This document shows, piece by piece, positions 27,462 through 36,682 of a DNA stretch of 64,000 nucleotides. Made by a program: the position numbers and the translations under genes. This DNA comes from Candidatus Saccharimonadales bacterium. Its GTDB lineage: Bacteria; Patescibacteriota; Saccharimonadia; Saccharimonadales; DASZAF01. The first letter of the stretch is position 1. The number at the start of each line of letters is the position of its first letter. The notes under the pieces were generated by a model that saw only the letters and a program-made list of their open reading frames with translations, had not been told where the DNA came from and did not search any database. The stretch is taken from the NCBI GenBank assembly GCA_035480055.1, contig DATIIB010000009.1:21068-85067 (forward strand), given 5' to 3'.

Positions 27462-28437
27462 TCCCCTTGATATGCAATTAATCTCCAATATTGATGACGA
27501 CGGAGCAACCGAAGAGCCAATCCGGGCCGGTTTTGGCCGCGGACTGCTGGCGGCTGCTAAGCAGAATGATCAGATTGTCGGACTGTGCGCAGACCTGACC
27601 GAGTCAACCCGCATGATTGAGTTTGCCGAAGCCTTTCCTGAGCGCTTTGTTGAGATCGGCGTGGCCGAGCAAAACCTGGTCACCGTGGCTGCGGGCATGG
27701 CGGCCATGGGCAAACGGCCGTTTGTGAGTAGCTATGCGGCATTTTGCCCTGGCCGCTGTTGGGAGCAGATCCGGACGACCATTGCGCTTAACGATCAACC
27801 GGTGACGATTGCTGGTTCGCACGCTGGGGTGAGCGTTGGTCCAGACGGAGCAACACATCAAATGCTCGAAGACATTGCCCTGATGCGAGCCTTGCCGAAT
27901 ATGATTGTGGTTGCGCCAGGCGATTCCATAGAGGCCGAAAAAGCAACGCTTGCCCTCGCGGCAGTGAGCAAGCCTTCGTATCTGCGGCTGGCCCGCGAAA
28001 AAACGCCGGTCTTTACCACTGAGCACACGCCGTTTGAACTTGGCCGAGCCTATGTATTATGGGGCGGCAATGACATCACCTTGATCGGTACCGGCACCAT
28101 GACCTACCAATGTCTTCTGGCTGCCAAACTGCTGCAGGCTAAAGGTATCAGCGCCGAAGTAGTGCATGTGCCTACCATCAAACCGCTTGATAAAACCACT
28201 ATTTTGGCCAGTGTGCAAAAAACTGGCAAAGTTATTACGGCCGAGGAAGCTCAGATCAACGGTGGATTGGGCGGCGCTATTGCCGAACTTCTGGTCGAAG
28301 AACACCCAGCGCTGATGTGGCGCATCGGCATGCAAGATCGCTTTGGTGAATCAGGCACGCCGCAGGAGCTTCTTGAAGCGTTTGGACTGACGGGCAAGCA
28401 TATTGCCGAGTCAGCCCAAACGATGTTGACCAACTAA
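27454..28437 (+). CDS. Transketolase, C-terminal (pyrimidine-binding) subunit
   Basis: FVEIGVAEQNLVTVAAGMA, GPDGATHQMLEDIALMRALPNM. AGGAG SD precedes ATG 27454, which overlaps the upstream stop. Confidence 0.93.
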   Translation: MSNPLDMQLISNIDDDGATEEPIRAGFGRGLLAAAKQNDQIVGLCADLTESTRMIEFAEAFPERFVEIGVAEQNLVTVAAGMAAMGKRPFVSSYAAFCPGRCWEQIRTTIALNDQPVTIAGSHAGVSVGPDGATHQMLEDIALMRALPNMIVVAPGDSIEAEKATLALAAVSKPSYLRLAREKTPVFTTEHTPFELGRAYVLWGGNDITLIGTGTMTYQCLLAAKLLQAKGISAEVVHVPTIKPLDKTTILASVQKTGKVITAEEAQINGGLGGAIAELLVEEHPALMWRIGMQDRFGESGTPQELLEAFGLTGKHIAESAQTMLTN

Positions 28438-29042
28438 CTATTGGCCTGGACCGCCGCGTACGTCCCTACGCCAAGTTGCTCAAGGTATTCTTTCATACTT
28501 ACTTTGCCATCAGTGCAAATTGGACTGTGCGGATATTTTTGTACTTGGCTGCTGTCAGCCAATTCGAAATCATCAACCAAGGTAGTGTCATCGCATTTTT
28601 CGTGCTGCGAAGTGCCGTCGGCTCTCCAATTAGGATAGGCCTTGACGGTCACCGTGCCGGCGGTAAAGACGCCGATATCCATGCCAGCTTTCTGCGGTTG
28701 CAGATCGTATTTATAGCAACTTACCACCACGCTATTGCCCACAATAAAGGCTGCGGGTCCGCGCGTGCCATCTGCGAGCTTGACGTGCTCTGTGGTTGCG
28801 CATCTTTTTTTGAACTCTGCCATTGATATTTTTGGCGCACCATTTTCTGTTTTGTGCGGGGTTGCCGATGCGGAAATCGGCGCGGCTACCTGCTGGCCAT
28901 GAACTGCGCCGCCACCGCAACCTGCAAGCGTGCCCACACCACCAAACAAAAGAGCGCCCGTTGCGAGCGCTCTTTTTCTTCGTAGTCGTGTTGGTGCTGG
29001 TGCGGTGACCGGCGAGGTCTGTAATTCGAGTAGTTTTTCCAT
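28434..29042 (-). CDS. Putative secreted lipoprotein (4 Cys in mature part)
   Basis: Basic n-region RLRRKRA, hydrophobic core and lipobox TLAGC. AAGGAGG SD upstream. No family recognised. Confidence 0.6.
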   Translation of the reverse strand: MEKLLELQTSPVTAPAPTRLRRKRALATGALLFGGVGTLAGCGGGAVHGQQVAAPISASATPHKTENGAPKISMAEFKKRCATTEHVKLADGTRGPAAFIVGNSVVVSCYKYDLQPQKAGMDIGVFTAGTVTVKAYPNWRADGTSQHEKCDDTTLVDDFELADSSQVQKYPHSPICTDGKVSMKEYLEQLGVGTYAAVQANS

Positions 29043-29104
29043 TGTGCTTAGCCTCCTTTAAGCACTTCTATCGTACTATAGCAACATAACTTTACAAAAA
29101 AACA

Positions 29105-29119
29105 ACACATGGCATGTGT
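29105..29119. promoter_or_regulatory. 15-bp palindrome ACACATG-g-CATGTGT upstream of the fba promoter (candidate operator)
   Basis: Perfect 7+1+7 inverted repeat lying ~37 nt upstream of the TGCTATACT -10-like box (TATACT 29156-29161). Confidence 0.35.
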
Positions 29120-29187
29120 AGGTGAAGGATTCTAGGGCGGGTCAACCATAAGTGCTATACTGGCAGGTAGATAAACGGATGGGAATC

Positions 29188-30099
29188 ATGGCTTTGACAA
29201 TACCTCAGATTCGAGATAATTGCGTACGGGCACGTCACCTTATGCAGCGTTCGCGGCAGCAACATTTTGCCGTTGGTGCATTTAATATTGACAATCAGGA
29301 GACGCTAATCGCAGTCTGCAAGGCGGCGCAAAAGCTGCAATCGCCGGTGCTGGTTGAGGTAAGCGATGGCGAAGTGAAAGCCATGGGCTTGGAGAATATT
29401 CGCGACCTGGTGGACAACTACAAGCAGGAATATAACCTGGAAATGTACATCAACCTTGACCATTCGCCGTCGGTTGAGGCTTCGAAGCGGGGCATTGATG
29501 CCGGCTTTGAATTTATTCATATCGATATTAGCCAGGCCAATCACGATGCCACCGACGAAGAAATTATTGCCAAAACCAAAGAAGTTGTGGCCTATGCGAA
29601 GTTTACGGGTGCGCTAGTGGAGGCTGAGCCGCATTATTTTGGCGGTAGTTCAAACTTGCATACCGAAACGATTGATTACGAAGAAATCAAAAAAACCTTT
29701 AGCACCCCGGAAGGAACCAAGGCTTTTGTCGATGCGACCGGCATTGACACCTTTGCCGCCGCCATTGGAAATCTGCATGGTAAATATCCAGTGCCAAAGG
29801 TGCTCGACCTGGAGCTGTTGGAGCGCATTCGGGAAGCCATCCAATGTAACATCAGTCTACACGGTGGCAGTGACACGCCGCTGCATTATTTTGCCGAAGC
29901 TGCCAAAATTGGAGTGAGCAAAGTTAACATCAACTCTGACATGCGTGTTGCCTTCCGAAAGACGCTCGAAAAAGTGCTGGCTGACAATCCTGACGAATAC
30001 GCAGTGGTTAAGCTAATGCCTACCGTCTACGAGGCGGTGCAAAAGGTGGTGGAGGAAAAAATCAGCGCCTTTAACTCTGCCGGAAAGGCTGTGGTCTAA
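29188..30099 (+). CDS. fba: Class II fructose-bisphosphate aldolase
   Basis: FAVGAFNIDN, LDHS, IHIDIS, GNLHG, LHGGSD. Start is ATG 29179 or 29188. Confidence 0.9.
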   Translation: MALTIPQIRDNCVRARHLMQRSRQQHFAVGAFNIDNQETLIAVCKAAQKLQSPVLVEVSDGEVKAMGLENIRDLVDNYKQEYNLEMYINLDHSPSVEASKRGIDAGFEFIHIDISQANHDATDEEIIAKTKEVVAYAKFTGALVEAEPHYFGGSSNLHTETIDYEEIKKTFSTPEGTKAFVDATGIDTFAAAIGNLHGKYPVPKVLDLELLERIREAIQCNISLHGGSDTPLHYFAEAAKIGVSKVNINSDMRVAFRKTLEKVLADNPDEYAVVKLMPTVYEAVQKVVEEKISAFNSAGKAVV

Positions 30100-30100
30100 G

Positions 30101-31060
30101 ATGAGCGTTCGCATGTTGGCGATTGGTACCGCCACGCAGGACGTGTTTTTATCTGGTGAAGCCTTGCAGCCGCACAGGCATGGCAAGGAACTCTTCGAGG
30201 AACTTAAGTTAGGTTCCAAATTGACTCTTGATGCGATCGTTTTTGCGACCGGTGGGAATGCCATGAACGCCGCTGTCACCTTTGCACGGCAAGGATTGCA
30301 CAGTAGTTTTATGGGAGTCATTGGCGACGACCCGGCCGGGCAGGCGGTCACCAGAGTGCTTGACGACGAAGACATCGACACCACGTATCTCCACGTGGCC
30401 GACGATCAAACCACCAGTTACTCAACCATCCTGCTCGCGCCAACTGGCGAACGCACCATTCTGAATTATTCTGGCGCCAAGATTGGACATGGTAAACACA
30501 CCGTCGACATGCACGCTCTGGACGGCGACTGGCTATATATTTCTTCCATGGGTGGCTCGATGCAGCTACTGGCAGATGTAGTGGATGCTGCGGCCAAAAA
30601 AGGTATGAAGGTGGCATTTAATCCAGGCAGCCGAGAACTGCAATATCCGGATAAGATTCGTGGCTTGCTGGACGATGTGACGTTGCTGGTGATGAACAAA
30701 GAGGAAATGCAGTTGATCGTAGAAGGCGACACCATGGAAGAGCTGGCTCGTCATGCAGCGCACTACGTGGATTACGCCGTGGTGACCGATGGCCCGCAAG
30801 GAGTGACGGCAGTGGGTAAAGGCAAGGTGGTCACCGGCGGCATGTATAAAGATGTGAAAGTGGTTGACCGCACAGGTGCGGGCGATGCCTTTGGTTCTGG
30901 CTTTGCGGCCATGGTTGCCAAAGGTGAAACGCTGGAGAAAGCGGTGGTGTTTGCTAGCGCTAATTCCACTTCGGTGGTGACCAAAATCGGCGCCACAGCC
31001 GGAATCCTCCATGCCCGCGCTCATTTGGAAGATATGCCATTGAAGGTGAAGCGGCTGTAA
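30101..31060 (+). CDS. PfkB-family carbohydrate kinase
   Basis: GGNAMNAAVTFARQG and DRTGAGDAFGSGFAA are ribokinase-superfamily signatures. Starts 2 nt after the fba stop. Confidence 0.85.
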   Translation: MSVRMLAIGTATQDVFLSGEALQPHRHGKELFEELKLGSKLTLDAIVFATGGNAMNAAVTFARQGLHSSFMGVIGDDPAGQAVTRVLDDEDIDTTYLHVADDQTTSYSTILLAPTGERTILNYSGAKIGHGKHTVDMHALDGDWLYISSMGGSMQLLADVVDAAAKKGMKVAFNPGSRELQYPDKIRGLLDDVTLLVMNKEEMQLIVEGDTMEELARHAAHYVDYAVVTDGPQGVTAVGKGKVVTGGMYKDVKVVDRTGAGDAFGSGFAAMVAKGETLEKAVVFASANSTSVVTKIGATAGILHARAHLEDMPLKVKRL

Positions 31061-31148
31061 CCTGTGTAAAAACATCTAGCTCTCCCCGGTCAGCATTGTC
31101 TGACTCGCGTGCATCGTGCTATGCTAAAGCCAGAAACTACTTACGCTT

Positions 31149-32414
31149 ATGGACACGCACAAAAAGATCCACACCACGCTCCGTGATTTACTTGACGCCG
31201 AAGAACCACTCTTTAGCCAGAGTTTGAGGCAGCTCGAGGAAGCCAGCGGTCACAAGGGCACGGACGTCAAGCTGACGGCCGAAATTATTGAGAAAGCTCA
31301 CCAGATTATGGCCACGCTTGGGCTCGACCCGGCTGACACCAATGGACCGGAATTATTCAGTGCGCTCAATAATAAACTGGGCGAGCAAGATGCGCATTTG
31401 GCAAAGACAATTGGTGGCACAGATGCCAGTGATGTCGCGCAGATGCTGCCACTGATCGCGGCTGCAGTGGCCAAAGCCGACATACCACGCGACTGTTGGG
31501 TGCTCAAAAAAGCGGTTGCGAAAGAATTTTTGCGCCACATGCCACCCAAGGGAATTATGAAAATCTTGGGCTACACCGACGTGGCAGAAATGCTCAAAAA
31601 AGAGCAGATCGGCGAGCTATATGGTGCGCTTCGTTTTGCCGAAACGTCGGACTGGCTACGAGAGTTTAACAAAAAATACGAAACACTGACGCCAAGCGAT
31701 TTCGAAACTCGGCAGATCGAAGTCATCCAAATGCCCAAGAATCGCTGGGGCGATATTGCGGCGCATTTTATTGAAAAAAAGCGCCATAACATTACGCACC
31801 TGAAGGAACTTGGCGTTATCTTAATGTTGCCAATGAAGGAAGCCTTTGACTACGGCATTACCATTAAGGTGATGGCCTTGCTGCTGCACTATCATAACGA
31901 GATTCGCCTGTATAGTTCGTACTTCAAACTGCAACAAGTCAAGCCACATTTTGGCAAGATTTTTGTCGACACTCTCAACGCCGATCCCGACCTTGGTCCA
32001 ATTATGGCCGGTCAGCATATCCATTGGCGAGTGATCCAACGGTACTTTGGCAAACTGAAAGATGAATACCATCCTGAAACCTTTGAGCCCCACGTACAGC
32101 CAGAAGATTTACACTGGCGCAAAGCCGAAGAGACCATGTATCAGATTGACCCAGAACTGGCCATGTGGCGCGATCTGGATTACGTGGCGCTGCAGTTTGA
32201 AGATGGCCCAGTGACCTTCAACATGATGGACGTGAGCATGAGCTACTCTAATAAAACGCATTATCCGGAACGCAATATTTATCATTTTCGCGAAAGCTTG
32301 TGGAATGAAATCTTTATCCGCTACATGGGTCACAAAACGTTGGAGCAGCAAATTCTGGAGCAACTTGATAACGACATGATTAAGCCGGAAGATCTCACGG
32401 CTGAGGACGACTAA
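31149..32414 (+). CDS. Hypothetical protein (421 aa, His-rich C-terminal half), native-looking codon usage
   Basis: Long ORF with no recognisable family. Segments HNITHLKE, LLHYHNEIRLY and HIHWRVIQRYFGK. Followed 3 nt later by the LOG-like gene. Confidence 0.65.
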   Translation: MDTHKKIHTTLRDLLDAEEPLFSQSLRQLEEASGHKGTDVKLTAEIIEKAHQIMATLGLDPADTNGPELFSALNNKLGEQDAHLAKTIGGTDASDVAQMLPLIAAAVAKADIPRDCWVLKKAVAKEFLRHMPPKGIMKILGYTDVAEMLKKEQIGELYGALRFAETSDWLREFNKKYETLTPSDFETRQIEVIQMPKNRWGDIAAHFIEKKRHNITHLKELGVILMLPMKEAFDYGITIKVMALLLHYHNEIRLYSSYFKLQQVKPHFGKIFVDTLNADPDLGPIMAGQHIHWRVIQRYFGKLKDEYHPETFEPHVQPEDLHWRKAEETMYQIDPELAMWRDLDYVALQFEDGPVTFNMMDVSMSYSNKTHYPERNIYHFRESLWNEIFIRYMGHKTLEQQILEQLDNDMIKPEDLTAEDD

Positions 32415-32416
32415 GC

Positions 32417-33022
32417 ATGAGCCGCTACCAAATCTGCGTCTCGGGGGCTGCTTCGGGCGATACTGTGGAATATGCGCATCAGTTGGCGTACGAGCTTGGC
32501 CAAGCGATTGCCAAAAGCGGTCATGTGCTGACCACTGGCGCCACAATCGGCTTACCTGAATGGGCAGCGCGCGGCTGTAACGAACATGGCGGATTGTCGA
32601 TCGGCTTTTCGCCTGCTAGCACTTACCGCGAACATGTTAAGTCGTATAAACTGCCGACCAAAGAGTTTGATTATATCAACTTTACAGGCATGGATTATGT
32701 CGGCCGCGATGTCTATTTAGTTCGTTCAAGCGACGCGGTCATTACCGTTGGCGGCCGCATGGGCAGCTTGCATGAGTTTTCGACCGCCATTGAAGCGCAC
32801 AAAATTTGCGCTGTGCTTCTGGGCAGCGGCGGGCTGGCTGATTTTATTCCGATCCTTGTTGACCGCATCACCACCCCTGGCAAAGAAGACATTATGTTTG
32901 ACACCGACCCAGCACGCATCGTGGACCGCATCGTTGCGCTTTTGGACGAAAAATACGCAGACTTCCGTGATGAACTTGACCATTTGCCACCGCCCAAAAA
33001 GGTGCACGAACGCCGCGGCTAA
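32417..33022 (+). CDS. TIGR00725 / LOG-like (SLOG superfamily) Rossmann-fold protein
   Basis: YQICVSGAASG N-terminus, TTGATIGLPEWAARG, VITVGGRMGSLHEFS (compare the LOG PGGxGTxxE motif). Confidence 0.7.
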   Translation: MSRYQICVSGAASGDTVEYAHQLAYELGQAIAKSGHVLTTGATIGLPEWAARGCNEHGGLSIGFSPASTYREHVKSYKLPTKEFDYINFTGMDYVGRDVYLVRSSDAVITVGGRMGSLHEFSTAIEAHKICAVLLGSGGLADFIPILVDRITTPGKEDIMFDTDPARIVDRIVALLDEKYADFRDELDHLPPPKKVHERRG

Positions 33023-33082
33023 GGTTTGCAAATCGATTAGGTAGCCGCTACTCTGGGAAGATGATTGAACTTCTGAGGAAAT

Positions 33083-34216
33083 ATGGTTTGGCATCGACAC
33101 TTGGGATATGAGGCACTCGCGGCTGGCCACGAACAGATTCCGTCGGAGTTTAACCCTACAAACGTGCGCAGTGATTCCGATACGAACGCCGACGAGGATC
33201 CGACTGCAGCTCAGGATGAACTTGCGGCATCTATTGCGGAAAAAGGAATATCTCCCGAATGTATTCTTGAAGACCAAACCCCTGATGCTCGGGTGGCGCC
33301 GATAGTCGGCCAAGCGGCGGTTGATGCAGTAGTCGAGCCAACAGTCGGCCGCTTTATCGGGACGCGCGAACAGCCAGATGGTAGATATGCCGATTACACT
33401 CTGAAAAACAGTACTATAGTGTCTGTGCCGACATCGACAGGATTTTCTATAGATAGGGAAAGCGACAATAGGGCAAACGAAATATTTAATTCAGCTCCCA
33501 CAGATGTGGCAAAGGAAACAGCTCAGGAAGACGAATTAGAACCAGTCGACACAGAGCCTATCGACGAGCAAGTGATCGAGCAACTCAGATCGCATGACCC
33601 TGAAGATCCGTACATTACAGATGCGATTCGATACATGGAAGTGGCCGGCGAAGCAGGCTATAAGGTTGTCGCGGCATACGGCATTGAAGTGGGTGACGGT
33701 GCTCTTGCTATGCAATGCTTTGAGAAAGTTGCCGACCCGGTAGAAAAATGGCGGCTCCATGCTTATGCGCATGAGCGTAAAAGTGATGCGCTTGGCAGTG
33801 ACTATGCGGTTGCGCTTGGCGAAGCCCGAGCAGAGGCAGCGCAGACAGGTGACACCGAGGCGACGCTAAGCATTGAGACTGCTCGCTTGTGCGAAGAGCT
33901 GGCGGTAGCCGAGCCAACCCAAACCGATCGCGATACACAAGCCTACCTGCTAAGTGGCGTAGTTACAGCCTTGAGCGCGGTTGATTCGGAAGCATTGAGT
34001 CGCACCAGCCGTGAAGATGTGGCTGCGATTATTGGCACTCTGGTACAGAATGGACGAGCAGCAGAGGCGACAGAAAAGGTAGTTCCTGCCTTGCCGGGTG
34101 CGATGCAAGCGGAAGCTCAGGAGCTCGTGACATTACACCGTGCCTTGAATGGGCAAATGAGCAAAAAGGAGCTAAGAGATATACAAAGAGTACTGCTCCA
34201 AGCCATTTCCTGCTGA
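33083..34216 (+). CDS. Hypothetical acidic protein (ORFan, 377 aa)
   Basis: Asp/Glu/Ala-rich ORF with many ATA, AGA and AGG codons in its first ~150 codons. GAGGAA SD upstream. No family recognised. Confidence 0.55.
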   Translation: MVWHRHLGYEALAAGHEQIPSEFNPTNVRSDSDTNADEDPTAAQDELAASIAEKGISPECILEDQTPDARVAPIVGQAAVDAVVEPTVGRFIGTREQPDGRYADYTLKNSTIVSVPTSTGFSIDRESDNRANEIFNSAPTDVAKETAQEDELEPVDTEPIDEQVIEQLRSHDPEDPYITDAIRYMEVAGEAGYKVVAAYGIEVGDGALAMQCFEKVADPVEKWRLHAYAHERKSDALGSDYAVALGEARAEAAQTGDTEATLSIETARLCEELAVAEPTQTDRDTQAYLLSGVVTALSAVDSEALSRTSREDVAAIIGTLVQNGRAAEATEKVVPALPGAMQAEAQELVTLHRALNGQMSKKELRDIQRVLLQAISC

Positions 34217-34256
34217 ACAGCAAGAGGATCCTCGTCCTTACCAGGTCGCCTTAGAA

Positions 34257-34613
34257 TTGATCGCGTCGGAAGAGAGAAAGGAGCGACCAGTGGTTGAATA
34301 TAACTGGATTATCGCGACGATCAAAAGTCATAAGCTTCCCTTTACGGAAATTACTACTGATTTCATCCGCACCTATATGCCAAGATGCTTCGAGCTGTTA
34401 GATAAGCATCTTGACGACACTTGGACTGAATCCCCAGAAGCTTGTGCAGAAAATGTAAACATACTTTTGAACGGTGGCATTGAGCATGCGAGGTGGTACT
34501 ACCGGCCGGTCCAAGAAAGCTATGAGGGGAGACCGCTGACACGTCGAATAGCTACAGCGAAACTCCGGGCGGCGCTTCATCTGGCTCGGCATAGCGTGTG
34601 GGAGAAGGAGTAG
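34257..34613 (+). CDS. Hypothetical protein (ORFan, 118 aa)
   Basis: The ORF has a TTG start as listed and shares the atypical codon set (AGA, AGG, ATA) of the preceding gene. No family recognised. Confidence 0.4.
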   Translation: MIASEERKERPVVEYNWIIATIKSHKLPFTEITTDFIRTYMPRCFELLDKHLDDTWTESPEACAENVNILLNGGIEHARWYYRPVQESYEGRPLTRRIATAKLRAALHLARHSVWEKE

Positions 34614-34637
34614 ATCGTCATTACTGCTGGAATGGTT

Positions 34638-34643
34638 TAAAAT
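34638..34643 (+). promoter_or_regulatory. -10 box TAAAAT 7 nt upstream of the uvrB ATG (leaderless-type)
   Basis: ggttTAAAATagaatcaATG. Confidence 0.4.
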
Positions 34644-34650
34644 AGAATCA

Positions 34651-36621
34651 ATGTCCCAAAAATTCAGTCTCAATAGCAAATACCGTCCAATGGGTGACCA
34701 GCCGCAAGCGATTGCGACGCTGACCAAGGGTTTATTGGCGGGCAAAAAAGAGCAGGTGCTGCTGGGGGTAACCGGTTCGGGCAAAACCTTTACCATGGCG
34801 AATCTTATTCAAAATACCCAAAAGCCAACATTGGTGGTCAGTCACAACAAAACCTTAGCCGCGCAGCTGTATAGTGAGTTCAGACAGTTCTTTCCAGATA
34901 ACGAAGTGCACTACTTTGTCAGCTACTTTGATTACTACCAGCCAGAGGCTTACATTGCCAGCAGCGACACCTATATCGAAAAAGATTCCAAGATCAACGA
35001 AGAAATCGACCGGCTACGTCACGCCGCAACCGACTCTCTATTGAGTCGCCGCGATGTGATCATCATTGCCAGTGTCAGCTGCATCTATGGTATTGGGTCG
35101 GTGAGCGATTATGACGGACTGGCCCTCAGAGTGAAGGTGGGCGAGCAACGCAAGCTCGACAAGTTTGTGCGCCACCTGACCGACATTCAATATACCCGCA
35201 ATGACATGGATTTTCATCGCAGTACCTTCCGGGTGCGTGGCGATGTGGTGGATGTCTTTCCGGCCAATGGCGAAACCGCCTACCGAATTGAGTTTTTTGG
35301 CGACGAAGTCGATCGCATTACCCACATTGATCCGTTGACCGGTGAGATCTTGGGTGAGCAGCAAGATCTCACCATCTTTCCAAGCTCGCACTATGTCTCG
35401 CCGCAAGACCAAGTAAAGGCCGCGCTTGGCAAGATTAAGCAAGAGCTGGAGCAACGCGTGGCGCAATTTAACAGTGAAGGCAAGTTGCTGGAGGCGCAGC
35501 GTTTGCAGCAGCGGACCAAATTCGATCTGGAGATGCTGGAGGAAACAGGGTTCGTGAAAGGTATCGAGAATTACTCGCGCTACTTAACGAACCGCGAACC
35601 TGGCGAGCAGCCTGCCACATTGCTGGATTATTTCCCAGATGATTTTTTGCTGCTGATTGATGAGTCGCATATGACCTTGCCGCAAATTCGTGGCATGTAC
35701 AACGGTGACCGCGCGCGCAAAGAGGTGCTGGTGGAACATGGCTTTCGCCTGCCGAGCGCGCTGGACAACCGCCCCTTAACCTTTACAGAGTTTGAGCGAC
35801 ATGTGAATCAGACAGTCTACGTGTCGGCAACACCGGCCGAATACGAGCTGGCCCGTGGCGGTACGCCTGTTGAGCAAGTTATTCGCCCAACAGGTCTGCT
35901 TGATCCGCCAATTGAAGTCCGTCCTACAACAGGTCAGATCGATGATTTGATTGCCGAAATCAGAGCCACGGTCGAAAAGCGCCAGCGAGTTTTGGTGACC
36001 ACGCTCACCAAGCGAATGGCCGAGGATCTGCATGAATATTTAAGCGAACTTGGCATCAAGAGTCAGTACCTTCACTCCGACATCGACACTATGGAGCGCA
36101 CCGATATTTTGCGTGATTTGCGTCTGGGTGTGTACGATGTGCTGATCGGTATTAACCTGCTACGTGAAGGGTTAGACCTGCCGGAAGTGAGCCTAGTTGC
36201 CATCATTGACGCTGACAAAGAAGGTTTTCTGCGAAGCTCTCAAGCGCTTATCCAAACAGTCGGCCGGGCTGCTCGCCATGTCGAAGGCCATGTCATTATG
36301 TATGCCGATCGCGTTACCGACAGCATGCGCTACACCATGGACGAGACCACGCGCCGCCGAGCGATCCAAGAGCAATACAATACCGAGCACGGTATAACAC
36401 CAGAAGGTGTGAACAAATCGATCGAAGAAGGCTTGCGAGCGCTCATCCCTAAGAGCGAAAAAGAAATCCCAGCCTTCGACCTTAAAAAGATTCCCAAAGA
36501 AGATTATGCGCATCTTATTCGTGACCTCAGTGGCCAAATGGAGCTTGCCGCTGCAAACTTACAGTTCGAAAAAGCAGCTGAGCTGCGCGATATGATTGAC
36601 GAGATCAAAGCCAAGCTTTAA
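34651..36621 (+). CDS. uvrB: Excinuclease ABC subunit B
   Basis: [12 protein letters not shown] Walker A, DESH box, helicase motifs and C-terminal UVR motif ([15 protein letters not shown]). Confidence 0.97.
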   Translation: MSQKFSLNSKYRPMGDQPQAIATLTKGLLAGKKEQVLLGVTGSGKTFTMANLIQNTQKPTLVVSHNKTLAAQLYSEFRQFFPDNEVHYFVSYFDYYQPEAYIASSDTYIEKDSKINEEIDRLRHAATDSLLSRRDVIIIASVSCIYGIGSVSDYDGLALRVKVGEQRKLDKFVRHLTDIQYTRNDMDFHRSTFRVRGDVVDVFPANGETAYRIEFFGDEVDRITHIDPLTGEILGEQQDLTIFPSSHYVSPQDQVKAALGKIKQELEQRVAQFNSEGKLLEAQRLQQRTKFDLEMLEETGFVKGIENYSRYLTNREPGEQPATLLDYFPDDFLLLIDESHMTLPQIRGMYNGDRARKEVLVEHGFRLPSALDNRPLTFTEFERHVNQTVYVSATPAEYELARGGTPVEQVIRPTGLLDPPIEVRPTTGQIDDLIAEIRATVEKRQRVLVTTLTKRMAEDLHEYLSELGIKSQYLHSDIDTMERTDILRDLRLGVYDVLIGINLLREGLDLPEVSLVAIIDADKEGFLRSSQALIQTVGRAARHVEGHVIMYADRVTDSMRYTMDETTRRRAIQEQYNTEHGITPEGVNKSIEEGLRALIPKSEKEIPAFDLKKIPKEDYAHLIRDLSGQMELAAANLQFEKAAELRDMIDEIKAKL

Positions 36622-36682
36622 GCGCGCTTTACAAGCTTATCCTTTCGCGGTACTATGCGCGTAACCAATGGAGGGTTACGAA

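Noticed and set aside
32726-33313. 195-aa minus-strand ORF spanning the LOG-like gene end and the 33083 ORFan start
   Set aside because: It crosses an intergenic region and two plus-strand ORFs and has no motifs. The plus-strand LOG-like gene is well supported.
34614-34650. Possible SOS (LexA) box upstream of uvrB (TACTG at 34622-34626)
   Set aside because: Only a half-site is present. There is no matching CAGTA or GAAC-N4-GTTC partner at the correct spacing.
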